Below, in pieces: positions 25,920-42,232 of a stretch of 64,000 nt of DNA (the stretch's first letter is position 1; every line of letters begins with the position of its first letter). The stretch is from the human T2T-CHM13v2.0 reference genome, Homo sapiens. The notes under the pieces are model-generated. The model was not told the DNA's origin, made no database searches, and saw only the letters and a program-made list of their open reading frames with translations. The translations under genes were made by a program, and so were the position numbers. Location: the NCBI RefSeq assembly GCF_009914755.1, contig NC_060929.1; one strand, 5' to 3'.

Positions 25920-28157
25920 GATTGTTATTGTTCTTCTGAGTCTAGCCACCCAGCAGGACTACTGAGCTCCAGGGTGGTTCTAGGGAATGTCAGTAAAGAT
26001 TCCTGGGATGTGATCCATCTTCAGGTCTCCAAGCTATGGATACCAGGACCTACTCTGGTGGAGGTGGCAGGGGAGTGAAGTGAATTCTGTGGGAGTCCTT
26101 GGTTATAATTTTGTTTAGTGGGCTGGTTTCCCCAAATACTGATTATACTAGCAGTGAATTTGTCAAATGGACAGACTTGGGACCCCTGGTTAGCCAGAGT
26201 GTTGCAGGTGGTGGAAGTAGCTGTTGTCTTCTTCTTCTTGGAACAGGGCTGCTCTGTTATGAGTTGCTGTTATGGTTTGAGTTGGTTGGTCTCCAGCCAG
26301 GAAGTTGTGCTTTCAAGACAGCATAAGTTGCAGTAGTAGAAGGGGGATATAATCTTGCCCTACATTGGCCAGGATAAGTTTTCAGGTTACTCAGGCAATG
26401 GCCAGGGCCATAGAGCTCCCAAGAATTTATGTCTTTTGTCTTTGGCTGCCAGAGATGGTAGAGAAAAACCATTAGGTGCAGGTAGGGTGAGGTGGATCTG
26501 AGCTCAGACTCTTCTTGGGCAGGACTTGCTGCAGGCCCTGTGAGGGATGGGGGTGTGGTGGTCAGGCCAATGGAGTTATGTCCCCAGGGGGATTATGGTT
26601 GCCTCTGCTGAGTCATATCAGTTACTTGGGAAACTGGGAAAGCTGGCAGTGACAGGCCTCACCCAGCTCCCAGGCAGCCAGCAAGTCCAGTCTCACTCCT
26701 GCTGTGCACCCCCAACCACACTGAATTTATATCCAGGCAGCCAGGGAGCAGGGTAGAAATCTTGCCCAAAGCTACAAGCCTCCCTACTGAGAAAGCAAGC
26801 AGGGCTACAGCTTTATCTCTCTCCCCACCTCCCTGCACCTTCAGCTGTGGCTTCTATGCTCCTATCTGCACTTCCTTTTCACCCTTCTGGATTCTGTTCA
26901 GGAAACTTCATGCTCAATTGACATTATTGCAAAGTTCAGCTAGGAGCTTCTTTCACCCTGTGGCCCCTCCCCAGTTTTCCTGGCTGCCTTCCATTCCCCG
27001 AGGACCTCTGTAAAATAAGGCCAGGAATGGCTTCCCTGGGTTCTAGCTGGGGACTGGGAGTGCCCACAAGGTTCTTCCCACTGCTTGTTCTACTTTTATA
27101 TTTCACTTGGCTCCCTAAATCCATTTCAGCTCTAGGTAAGTTTAAACCCTTCTCCCTTGATGTGGATTTTCAGGTTCCCCAGTGGGGATGTGTTTTCAGA
27201 GGCTAACTTTTCCCCCTCTCACACTTTGAAAACTCACAGTTTTTTGGCTGTCTTGTGGCACTTGCAGCAGCAAACTGTTTCTTTCAAAGCGTTTGTGAAT
27301 TCTTTCAGTTTTCCTGGTATGTTCCTGCAGTGGTTCTTAGAGCAAAAGTTCACAATGTGAGTCTCCAGATGTTGCTCTGTCCATCCAAGTGGGAGCTGCA
27401 CATTAGTGCTGTCTCCCATCTGCCATTTTATCCAGATCATCCTGTGTCATCTTTCAGTATGCCTTCTTGAAAAAGTTTAATTATGTCTAGCTTTTGATTT
27501 AAAGTGAGAGACAAGAATTTTTTTTTTCACTTGAAGATTCAGAAGTCACCGTAGAGTTATTGGCCTAATTTCAATATTATTGTGTCTCAGGGACTAGGAG
27601 GTGCCCGAGAAGAGGGAGAGAGATGGAACAATGGCCAGTGGGTGGAGCAGTAAGGACACACACATTTACCTATTAAGTTTGCCATCTTATATGGGGGTGA
27701 TTTGTGGTGCTTCAAAATCATCACAATAGTAACATCAAAGATCACTGATCACAGATCACCATAAAGATATAATAATAAAGAAAAAGTTTGAAATATTGAA
27801 AGAATTACAAAAATTTGACACAGAAGCAAAAAGTGATCATACATTGTTGGAAAAATGGCACTGATATACTGGCTCAAGGCGGGGTTGCCAGAAACTTTCA
27901 ATTTGAAAATTGGCTTTGGATTTTTTATGTGAAGCATAATAAAGCAAAGCACAATAAAATGAGGTAAGCCTGTACTGAAACTTTTCTTGCAAGTTCAGAA
28001 TAAACTAAGTAAATCCATCAGCAAAATATAAAAATTAATTTGTGTTTCTTTGTTGTTAAATTTTAAGCCATATGCATAAAATTAAAAGGGACATAATAGA
28101 AAGTGAGGTTAAAAACTCTGAAATAAATTCAACGAGTTTAAACTTTAAATACCCATA

Positions 28158-28544
28158 TGTTATTGACTTAATTGTGATCACCCCTAAGGTTTTTATGTTG
28201 AAGGTCTTAACTCCTGGTACCTCAGAATGTGACTGGTTTTGGAGACAGGGCCTTTAAAGAGTATGGCTATTAGGATAAGGCTTTAATCTAGCAAGGCTGG
28301 TATCCTTTGAAGAAGAGGAAGAGACACCAGGGATTTGAGTGCACATAAGATAGACCATATGAGGACACAGAAAAGGTGATTGCTTGCCATCTGCAAGCAA
28401 AGGAGAGAGAGAGAAACCTTAAAAGACACCAAACCCACCAGCACCTTGAACTTGGATTTCCAGCCTTCAAAACTATTAGAAACTAAGTGTTGTTGCTTAA
28501 GCCAGCCAGTCTATAGTATTACAGCAACCTTAGCAAATTAATAC
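28158..28544 (+). mobile_element. MLT1 (MLT1A/B-like) MaLR LTR
   Basis: GGTACCTCAGAATGTGACTG...GGAGACAGGGCCTTTAAAGAG...CACCTTGAACTTGGATTTCCAGCC...GCAAATTAATAC. Confidence 0.85.
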
Positions 28545-29229
28545 TTCATATGAAGTTTTAAGATAACGTGAATTAATATTAGAGAACCCTATTGCATTGG
28601 CTCTCTTTGAAATGGATAAATTAACATCATTAGAATATGTTAAAATTTTATTTTATTTTGCTAAAATAAAAGAGAGATTTAATTTAAAAAATATTTTTAA
28701 AGAAGTTTTATATACTTGAACTTTGTAAAGACAATAACACATGCAGTCAGGAAAGGAAAAAAAGTCTGAGAAGAATGATTACATGACATTAAAATGTATG
28801 TTATTTTAAGAGTTATTATGAATTCAGCTAAGTGCAATTTGAAATAAGCAAAAAGTTAAGTTTGTAAAGATTAAGACTTTAAAAATTTGTGGTTAGTGGT
28901 GTTGGTTGCTTGTTTGTTTTTCACCAGGTATAAAGTTTTTATTATATTCAGTATTTTCCTTATACAAAAAAATTGACCAATGATTACATTATGTCTATGA
29001 TGTCTTATTTAATATTTCCTCTGACCATCAAAAACTGATGATAAAAAAAATCATTTTTGCCTTCCACAGATTAAAAATTATAAATTTAGAGAAATCGAAA
29101 GAAACCCCCTACATACACAATTGTTATCCAGTAACCTTTTTATTGCACTTTGAAATACCAGGTGGGAATATCAACTTAGTATAATATTAAATTGTCACAA
29201 TATTAAAATGGTGCTCTTCTTATACTTCT

Positions 29230-31835
<2,606 letters not shown>

Positions 31836-33660
31836 GTTCAGTAAAGTAGCAGGATATAAAATCAACATACAAAAATCAGTTGCATTTCTATACACCAATA
31901 ACAATATATTCTTCAAACATAACAAATATTGAGGAATAAAAGGAAGTAAAATACTTGTACACTGAAAACTATAAAATGTTGATGAAAAAAATTAAGGAAG
32001 ACACAAAAAATAGAAAGATATTTTGTGTTCATGGATTGGAAGGTTTAATATTGTTAAAATGTTCATTCTACCCAAAGCACTTTACATAGTCAATGAAATT
32101 TTTATTAAAATTCCAATGGCCTTTTCACATAAATAGAAAAAAAATTTAAATTTTATATGGAAGTTCAATAGAACCCAAATAGGGAAAGCAATCTTGAGAA
32201 AAAAACAAACTCATCACACTTCCTGATTTCAAATTATATTATGCAGTTATAATTAAAACATTATGGTACTTTAATTAAATAGATGCATAGACCAGTGGAA
32301 CAGAATAGAGATCCCAGAAATAAATCCAAGCATGTGTGGTCAACTAATGTTCAACAAGGCCACCAAAAGACACAATGAGGAAAGGACTGTCTTGTCAATA
32401 AATGGTTTTAGAAGAACTGGATAGCAACATGCAAAAGAATGAAACTGGACTCGTTTCTTATACCATATACAAACATTAACTTAAAGTTGATTAAATACCT
32501 TCATTTAAAGATTTAAAACTGTAAAACTCTCAAAGGAAAAACAGAAGAAAAGATCATTGCCATTGGCTTTGGTAATAATTTTTTTGATATGTCACCAAAA
32601 GCTCAAATAACAAAAGCAAATATAATTAAGTGGAACAACATTAAACTAAAAAGGTTCTCCACAACAAAGAAAACAATGAATAGAAGGAAGGGCAGTGTAT
32701 GGATTGGGGGAAACTATTTGAAAACCATATGTCTGATGAGGGGTTAATATGCAAATATATAACGAACTCAAACAATTTAATAGTAATTAAGAAAAAAAAA
32801 CCTAACTACAAGTGGACAAAAATCTTGAACAGACATTTTTCCAAAGAAGACATAAAAAGGGTCAACAGGTATATGAAAAAGTACTAAATATTGTTAATCA
32901 TCAAGGAAATATAAATCAAAACCACAGTGAGATATCACCCTATACCTGTTAGGATGAATATAATACAACAGACAAGAGATAACAAGTGCTGTTTAAGAGT
33001 GTGGAGAAGGAAAACTCTTGTACGCTGTCGGTAGGAAGATAAATTGGTACAGCCATTATGGAAAAGAGTATAGAGGTTCCTAAAAGATTAAAAATAGAAC
33101 TATCACATCATCCAAAAATCTCACTATTGGACAAATACACAAAGAGAATAAAATCAGCACCTTGTAGAGACGTCTGCATATCTGTGTTCATTGCAGCATT
33201 ATTCACAATAGCCAAGGTATAGAAACAATCTAAGTACCCATCAATGAATAAATGGTTTAACAACTATAGTATGTATACATTATGGAATACTATTCAGCCT
33301 TAAAAAGAAGATACTGTCTTTTATTTAAAAAAAAAAAAACAGGATGAATTTAGAGGCCATTATTATGCTCAGTGAAATAAGCCAGAAACAGAATGAAAAA
33401 TTCTGTACGGTTTCACTTATATGTAGAATCGATACAAAGGTTGAATACATAGAAATGAAGAGTGGAATATTGGTAACCAGGGGTGGGGAGGGGCAGGAAA
33501 TTAGGAGAAATGCATCAGTGGATACAAATTTTCAGTTATTTACAATGAATAAATCTAAAGATCTAAAGTATAGCATGATGACTACAGTTAATAATACTGT
33601 ATTATATTGTACTGTGTACTGAAAATTTGCCACGAGTAGATTTTAGCTGCTCTTATTTCT
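31836..33660 (+). mobile_element. L1MA-type 3' portion (ORF2 C-terminus and 3' UTR)
   Basis: TTCAGTAAAGTAGCAGGATATAAAATCAACATACAAAAATCAG; ORF LNRHFSKEDIKRVNRYMKK; 3' UTR GACTACAGTTAATAATACTGTATT. Confidence 0.88.
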
Positions 33661-34699
33661 CTTCCCCACCTCACAAAGATGCATAAAATAAGTCTGGGCT
33701 TGGTGAGGTTGGGAGAGAAAGATCAAGAAAGGATCAAGAAAAGTGGAAGATAGGTTGGAAAGTATTTATATGAATATTGAAATAAATTGTCATCAGATTT
33801 TTAAATAAAAGGAATTATGCAAATAATCACAGTGATAAATTTAAACTATCCTCAAAAGTAGAAAAGTACAAACTCAATTAGAAAATCTAATTAATATACG
33901 GTGAAAGAACCTTTGAAAGCAGGATGTTCTTCCTACTTCATAGATGACAAGAATAAAAATTTTTAAAAAGGAAAGAAAAAATAACTGTAGAAAGGTGAGC
34001 AGCTGCATGGGACTGAAAATGGATAACGCTTCATCCCACAAATAATTGACTCTTTAAAAGTTTTTTTAAAATACTTAGTCACTAGGATAGACAAATGCTT
34101 CAGAGATTTACTAAAGAAAACAAAAATATTTTGATGTGACCTAGACATGAATCCATAAATAAAAATAGCTTATTTTACTACAGCAAAAAATAATGAAATA
34201 CAATAATATCTAACTATACCACTAAAACTATGAATTTCAAAAATCACTAGAAGCTCTGATAATCATCTTTAGGAAAAAAAGAAAGATGATAAAGGCATAG
34301 TAGGAATGAATCTGTGTATTTAGACCGTTCCTGTAAACAATAACAATAGCAATATAACACAGCAAATAGCAGCAACAATGACAAGGTCACCATTAATAAA
34401 ACCCAAAATGTTGTACAATCGTTCAGATTTTCAAAGAGAAACTATGCTCCAATATGTAGAAAGTTTACTACTCATATTAATTTTCTGAAAAATATTTTCA
34501 AACTGTACCCTGGCCAAATGAGAGATGAATAAAAATAATCGCAAATGGGAACATTTAGATATAAAAGGCAGTGAGCAATGATGGCACTCTTCTAAGTTAG
34601 GCTTCAAGAGTCATTTGCACAGGATTTAGTAATCAGAATGAATCACAGAAAGTTGATACAACATCAGGTGCTGCTGCAGCTCAAGCTCATTGTCACACT

Positions 34700-35280
34700 T
34701 TCGCTGGTTCACCCTGTTGGCAACTAGTGGCTTCAGAACACTCAGCTCCTCTAAACCCTGCTGATCTCCCTGTGCAGCATTTGGGCTTTAATCCTTTCAG
34801 CTTCCACCACATTCCTTTGTTTATTTTCCTCAATTCCTAGGCATGGTTCATATGTATGTCTGTGGCAAAGTGTGCCAGTTCTTCTGCAGGTTGCTGGCAT
34901 CAGTGAAGTTGGCGAATAGAAGGGGTCATTAAAAAACATTGATTCCTGTTCATTTAATGAATTCCATTTCACCCTTGAGGGGTCCACTTTGCCTGGATAC
35001 TCCTTTTTTGAAATATAGGCCTCAAATGATCCTCCCACCTTGGCCTGTCAATGTGCTGGGATTACAGGGCTGAGCTTCCGTGCCCAAACCATATACCCCC
35101 TTTTCATGTTTGTCTTTGCTCCCTGCCAGCCAGACTAGCTGACATCAAGACCAGAACATTTGGTTACAGGATAACAAATTACATAGCTTGCTTAAGCCAG
35201 TCTCAAAATTGTGTAAGATCCTATCACCATAATAAATCCATTTGTATCACTCATAATGATTCTATTCTTCAATACAAAGA
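34700..35280 (+). mobile_element. Possible old ERVL-type LTR with a short Alu-monomer fragment (35018-35087, -)
   Basis: GCTTAAGCCAGTCTCAAAATTGTGTAAG...AATAAATCC...TATCACTCATAATGATTC resembles ERVL LTR 3' ends; GGCCTCAAATGATCCTCCCACCTTGGCC is Alu. Confidence 0.45.
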
Positions 35281-35940
35281 ATTTAGTAATGATTTATGTA
35301 ATAACAATAAATTCTATCCTAATTTCCAGAATAAAACATGAGAAAGCATAGAATGGGAGAGAGTACAGTAGAAAGAGCTAATCTTTGCTGATATCCTCAA
35401 TTTGTGCATGGGAAAAGGATGGTAAGTAAATAAGGACATTAAAAATAATGTTCTAAACCATCAACCACACAATGTCTCTGAGGAAGTATATTCTACTTTG
35501 CAAGATAAAACATAGAGAAGTTTTTATGGAGGTTGGATTAGATTTTAAGCGAACAAAGGGAACCTTTCAGTAAGGTGATGTGCATGAGGGAAAGAGACAT
35601 TCTGGTTGATTAAGAATGTTATTTTGTTATTTTTTAAGGGAGAAATAAGGTCCTCTGGTTTACAATGATGGTGCATCTGGCAGACAGACAGATTTGTTGT
35701 GATGCAGCCATGCTTTTCGTTGGTAACAATGCCCCCACTTCTGATTGACAAAGAAATCTCTGAGCTGCCAGTACATGTATGAGGAAATACATCAACCCAT
35801 TAAGCAGAATACTCTGAAAATTTTAACACGATTTGCTGTGAAATTTTATAAACAGCCTTCCTGTAGTAGAAATGTAATATGCTCAATAGAGTAAGAAGGA
35901 TAAATTTTGCTATTATATCAGCTGTGACTTCTGTGACTTC

Positions 35941-36410
35941 TTTTTTAAATTTATTTTTGTAATTAACACTACAATTGTATGTATTCATTGTGTACATGAT
36001 GTTCTTCAGTACATATACATTGTGAAATGCTCAAATCTAGCTAAGTAACAAATGTATTACCTTACACATAGTTACCATTTTTGTGATGAGAAATTTGAAC
36101 ATCTACCCTCTTAGCAGTTTTCAAGAATACAATATACCATCATTAACTAGAGTCACCATGTTGTACAACAGAGCTCTTGAACTTATTCCTTCTATCTAAC
36201 TCTAATATGAATGCTTTGATCAGTATCTCTACAATTGCCCCTCCCTGTGGAACCACCCCAGCCTCTGGTAACCATGCTGCTCTCTAATTCAGTGAGATCA
36301 ACTTTCTTAAGTTCCACATAGGAGTGAAATCATGCAGTATTTGTCTTTCTGCACCTGGCTTATTTCACTTAGCATATCAGACTTCAGGAACATCCATATT
36401 GTTGCAAATG
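35941..36410 (-). mobile_element. L1MA 3' end fragment
   Basis: Poly-T, TACATTGTGAAATGCTCAAATCTAGC...TTCAAGAATACAATATAC...GAGTGAAATCATGCAGTATTTGTCTTTCTG. Confidence 0.85.
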
Positions 36411-38629
36411 TGTCTTTTGACTTTAAAGACAGTGAATGCTTCACAGTGCAAATGACATCATTTCCTGACACTGATTCCTCAACCCAAGTACAATTTGCAT
36501 ATCTATTCTCTGATTTGTTTATACTTTTTCAATGGAATAAGTTTCAGGAAATATACTCTGCTTACTGTACTTTGTAAATGAGATGAAATATTTAAATCTT
36601 AAATTTTCATTTATCACTGGCTTTGAGTTAAATGTGTGTGTGTAATTTCAATAAGAAATGTGATGAGGAATATTTTGGCTCCTGACTGATAAGAGAAGCT
36701 CATGCTTAAATCCTTCTTATAAACTAAGTTGAATTTTAAGAATAGAAAGAGGACACACACACTTGACAACAGATTTCTGTGGGCAAACTAACATAGGACA
36801 GAGGAGATTGGAAGAAAGTAATTCCAATTAGAGAGCATAAATCACCAAGCCAGAAGGATGGGATAAAATGAGTTAAGGGTTTATACACTTACAAAAGGAA
36901 ACAAAGACACACGAATGAGTGAACAGATCTGGCTCTTAAAATGATTATTGAGCGTGTTAAGTCTACAGCTATCCTGTTTTGAGATCAAAGAGGAGTTTCA
37001 GAAAATTCAACATTAATTTGCACTATTTTTGTCAGCTGTGAAATCATATGGGAATCAAAGCTTAGCTAAAACAGTTCTTTTTTTATTTTTTGGTCAATCA
37101 CAGAAAGTTAGACATTTTTAAAGTTGCAATGGGCTTTTTGATTTAACAGCTTCAATTATGGCCACTGAATATATAAAATTTAACTCAGTAATAAAACATA
37201 GAAAATATCTGGGGAAATGGACTACATTTTATACTGTCAAAATATAATTTTTAAAAAGTTAACAGCATGACTCAAAGAAATATGACATGAAAATGTGTCA
37301 AAAATGTATTAATTCACTAATGAGGAAAACAGTAAAAAGATAAAACTAACTTAAAGAGCATTTAGAAAAACTGGGCATTGAAAGTCATTTTGACAAAAAT
37401 ATTAAAGGATTTTAAAATAATGTGTCCCAGTTAACTACAAAACAAGTAAATGTCTTATGGGGCAATAAAATTTTGAACCCCATTATTTTCTTCTCTATGG
37501 GACAGAAATCTTCATACTAACATGTACGTCACATAGTCTGGGCTCAAATGAAATAATGGTAACACAGACACATTCCCTGAGATAATTAAATAATTGTAAT
37601 GTAGGCTTGTTAAACAATAGCTCATATGGCATTGAAATTATACTGTACATATTTTGTTTTGTTTATTTTCAAATTTTGGGTACTTTTTCTCTACAGTTCA
37701 TTTACAACAGAAGAAACTGGCAGGTCATGTTAATCCTTGTAATAAATATAATAGACGTATTTCAGTTTATGATTAAGGATGTACTTATGTAAACTAATGA
37801 TACTGTATATGTAAAATTAGATTCTAAAATATTAAAACTTAACAATTCCATCTTTATATAAATAAAAAGTAATGCATACTTGATCTCAATTGATAATTAT
37901 GGCTGTTCCATTCCATATGTTATTTACTTACAGAAATATGGTTGGTAGTATTTTAAAAAATAAGTTCCATTGCTGGCTATGCAATATATCTACACACCAA
38001 AACTACAATTTACCCCCAAGCATGTAAAAAAAAATTTAAAGAAAAATAAAAACAAGAAAAAATAATTAGAAAGTAAGTGCATACGAACTTTGTCAATGGC
38101 CACAGCTTTTACCACTGTTGCTTTTCACTATCATTTTAATTTCCACATTTAAATATTCATTTTTAGGTAATAATTTTTTTTTGGTAACTAGATCTTTAAA
38201 ATTAACCCTTCATTTATATTATCAAGAAAAAGGATAGTGATAACTAGAAATAAGTCAAAAAGTGACAGAGGCAGAAGAATGGGAATGGTCCTATGGAAAA
38301 TAAACTTTTAAGTCTGTAATAATTGGTATGGAAAGATGCCAAATGCATACTAACCTGCTTTTGAACTTGCAGCTACAGTGGTCAATTATTTTACAAGCCA
38401 ATTTTAGACATTTAGCAAAGCTTCACTTAAGCCAATTTTGTCGGTTTATGCTCAATATAAAGTTAATTTTTAAAGGGTTGATTTGGGCAGCTAAGCAAAT
38501 TCAGCTATAGCATCTGACATCTGCTGCTTAGCAAATAATAACATTAGTAAAGGAAGAAGAATTTCCAAAAGTGGAGGACATGGTTTAGTAAATCACTGGA
38601 AAACTTTAATCATAACTCTTTTCTCATAT

Positions 38630-40376
38630 TGTGTCCAGACTTGGTGGGTTCTTGGTCTCACTGACTTCAAGAATGTAGCCGCGGACCCTGGCGGTGACTG
38701 TTACAGCTCTTAAGGTGGCGCGTCTGTAGTTTGTTCCTTCGGATGTTCAAATGTGTTCGGAGTTTCTTCCTTCTGGTGGGTTCGTGGTCTCCCTGGCTCA
38801 GAAGTGAAGCTGCAGACCTTCGCGTTGAGTGTTACAGCTCTTAAGGCAGCGCATCTGGAGTTGTTCATTCCTCCCAGTGGGCTCATGGTCTTGCTGGCTT
38901 CAGGAGTGAAGCTGCAGATGTTCACGGTGAGTGTTACAGCTCATAAAAGCACTGTGGACCCAAAGAGTGAGCAGTAGCAAGATTTATTGCAAAGAGCAAA
39001 AGAACAAGGCTTCCACAGTGTGGAAGGGGACCCGAGCGGGTTGCCACTGCTGGCTCCGGCAGCCTGCTTTTATTCTCTAATCTAGCCCCACCCACATCCT
39101 GCTGATTGTTAGACGGGAGTGGCCTGTTTTGACAGGGTGCTTGATTGGTGCGTTTACAATCCCTGAGCTAGATACAAAGGTTCTCCATGTCCCCATCAGA
39201 TTAGTTAGATACAGAGTATGGACACACAGGTTCTCCAAGGCTCCACCAGAGCAGCTAGATACAGAGGGTGGATTGGTGCACTCACAAACCCTGAGCTAGA
39301 CACAGGGTGCTGATTGGCGTGTTTACAAACCTTGAGCTAGATACAGAGTGCTGATTGGTGTATTCACAATCCCTGAGCTTGACATAAAGGTTCTCTAAGG
39401 CCCCACCAGAGCAGCTAGATACAGAGTGTCGATTGGTGCACTCACAAACCTTGAGCTAAACACAGGGTGCTGATTGGTGTGTTTACAAACCTTGAGCTAG
39501 ATACAGAGTGCCCATTGGTGTATTTACAATCCCTGAGCTTGACATAAGGTTCTCTAAGGCCCCACCAGAGCAGCTAGATACAGTGTTGATAGGTGCACTC
39601 ACAAACCCTGAGCTAGACACAGGGTGCTGATTGGTGTGTTTACAAACCTTGAGCTAGATACAGAGTGCTGATTGGTGTATTTACAATCCCTGAGCTAGAC
39701 ATAAAGGTTCTCCACCTCTCCACCAGACTCAGGAGCCCAGCTGGCTTCACCCAGTGGATTCCGCATTGGGGCTGCAGGTGGAGCTGCCTGCCAGTCCCGC
39801 GCCGTGCACCGCACTCCTCAGCCCTTGGGTGGTCGATCAGAGTAGGCACTGTGGAGCAGAGGGCGGCTCTCATCGGGGAGGCTCTGGCGGCACAGGAGCC
39901 CACGGAGCGGGTGGGAGGCTCAAGCATAGTGGGCTGCAGGTCCCGAGCCCTGCCCCGTGGGAAGGCAGCTAAGGCCCAGCAAGAAATCGAGCGCAGCGCT
40001 GGTGGGCTGGCACTGCTGGGGGACCCAGTACACCCTCCGCAGCCGCTGGCCCGGGTGCTAAGCCCCTCATTGCCTGGGGCCGGCAGGGCTGGCCGGCTGC
40101 TCCGAGTGCCAGGCTTGCCAAACCCACACCCACCCGGAACTCCAGCTGGCCCGCAATTGCCACAAGCGGCCCCGGTTCCCGCTGACGCCTCTCCCTTCAC
40201 AGCTCCCTGCAAGCTGAGGGAGTGGGCTCTGGCCTTTGCCAGCCCAGAAAGGGGCTCCCACAGTGCAGCGGTGGGCTGAAGGGCTCCTCAAGTGCTGCCA
40301 AAGTGGGAGCCCAGGCAGAGGAGGTGCCGAGAGTGAGCGAGGGCTGTGAGGACTGCCAGCATGCTGTCACCTCTCA
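38630..40376 (-). mobile_element. Solo LTR12 (LTR12C-like, ERV9/HERV9)
   Basis: - strand TGAGAGGTGACAGCATGCTGGCAGTCC ... AGAACCCACCAAGTCTGGACACA; exact 4-bp TSD ATAT (38626-38629 / 40377-40380). Confidence 0.96.
39130..39710 (-). promoter_or_regulatory. LTR12 U3 tandem enhancer array (repeated CCAAT and GATA motifs)
   Basis: More than 10 copies of ~41-bp GAGCTAGA(T/C)ACAG(A/G)GTGCTGATTGGTG units; ATTGG is CCAAT on the - strand; NF-Y/GATA array known in ERV9 LTRs. Confidence 0.85.
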
Positions 40377-40401
40377 ATATTACAAAAAAAAAAAGAAAGG
40401 A

Positions 40402-40762
<361 letters not shown>

Positions 40763-41299
40763 TTACTATCTGGATAGAAGACAAATTTTTATTTATCGGG
40801 GAAAACTACTCACACTTAAATAATAGACTTCAGTTTATTTTCTGTTCTTTGTAGCGAAATATGATTTTGTCTCTGTAAGTTGATATCCAAGGCTAAGGGT
40901 AAGCGTCTGCATTCTTTCCTTTCTTTTAAATTTTATTTCTGTCAGCTTATAGGGAATGCATATCATAGCAACACCAATGTTTAGGCAAGGGAAAAGTCGT
41001 AGTTTCTGTAAGTAATATTAGTTTACCAGGAAGGAGACAAAACTATTTTGAGACCAGAGAGGAAACACACCAAAAAGCAACAGAACCAATGTGAGTAAAA
41101 AGCATCTGCCTATACCCATTCTTTCTGTGTGGGGAATCTTAGTAATTTAAATCTGGAACCATAAGGTTGATACATTTTTAGCAACCTTTATAACACAGCC
41201 TCCATGCTATGAAATATTGTGCTAAAGGACTTGCATTATTGTTTTCAGTGCTACTTAAATCCTTGTGTATGTTAAATTTATAGTTGAAGTCAAGATAGA

Positions 41300-41660
41300 T
41301 GCCTCATTCAGTCCAGGTTGCTATAGTAAAATACAATAGATGTGGTGGCTTAAACAATAAACATTTATTTCTCATAACTGGAGGTTAAGTCCAAGATCAA
41401 GGTGTCACCAGATCCAATATCTGATGAAGGCACTTCTTCTCGTTTGTAATGGATTTTTTTTTTCTTATATACTTATATGGTGGACAGAGAGAGGGAGAAA
41501 ACAAATTCTCTTATGTATCTTCTTATAAGAGCACTAACTCCTTTCATGAGGCCTCCACCCTAATGACCTAAATAACTCCCAAAGTCCCCATTTCCATTAC
41601 ATTGGAGGTTAGCATTTCATTATATAAATGTTGAATGGACAACAACTTCAATCCATAACA
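41300..41660 (-). mobile_element. MLT1A-like MaLR LTR
   Basis: GGTGGCTTAAACAATAAACATTTATTTCTC...AAGTCCAAGATCAAGG...TTCAATCCATAACA. Confidence 0.82.
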
Positions 41661-41908
41661 ATATATTAATAAGCATTAAACATCTACGATACATTCAAAA
41701 TCATCAAAGTGATGTTATGAGATAACAATGATGTTAAAAAAAAAAAAAGGCTTTCCTGGTGTGAGTAAATAGACTTGAACTTTCAGGTTCATGGTTTTCA
41801 ATTAAAATGTTATTCAAAGGGATCAAACTGTCTACTTCAATAGAAACATGGAAAAAAATGAATCACCATGGCAAATAAAGTATTTTATTATCCTTGAAGA
41901 AAAATATC

Positions 41909-42232
<324 letters not shown>

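Larger units (their letters stand above)
20091..27440 (-). mobile_element. Near full-length L1PB-type LINE-1 (3' UTR, ORF2, ORF1, 5' UTR), decayed
   Basis: L1PB-like 3' end TTTGGTTACATGGATAAGTTCTTTAG; ORF2 fragments [44 protein letters not shown]; TSD CCTATGTCAGCTTTC (19873-19887) / CCTGTGTCATCTTTC (27441-27455). Confidence 0.92.
15698..27972 (-). mobile_element. Tigger1 (pogo-family Tc1/mariner DNA transposon), near full length, in three pieces: 15698-17006, 19357-19887, 27456-27972
   Basis: Termini CACGCATAC (left, decayed) and GAGGTAAGCCTG followed by TA (right); - strand ORF fragments [10 protein letters not shown]...[16 protein letters not shown] (DDE domain) and NNLIADMEKGLVVWIE (CENP-B-type HTH); pieces are colinear and total ~2.36 kb. 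Confidence 0.93.

Noticed and set aside
36420-38620. Long stretch without recognisable repeats as a possible gene region
   Set aside because: Very AT-rich with only short ORFs lacking homology; no supportable feature.
39130-39710. Regular ~41-bp repeats resembling a CRISPR array
   Set aside because: No unique spacers; this is the known LTR12/ERV9 U3 tandem array in a primate genome.
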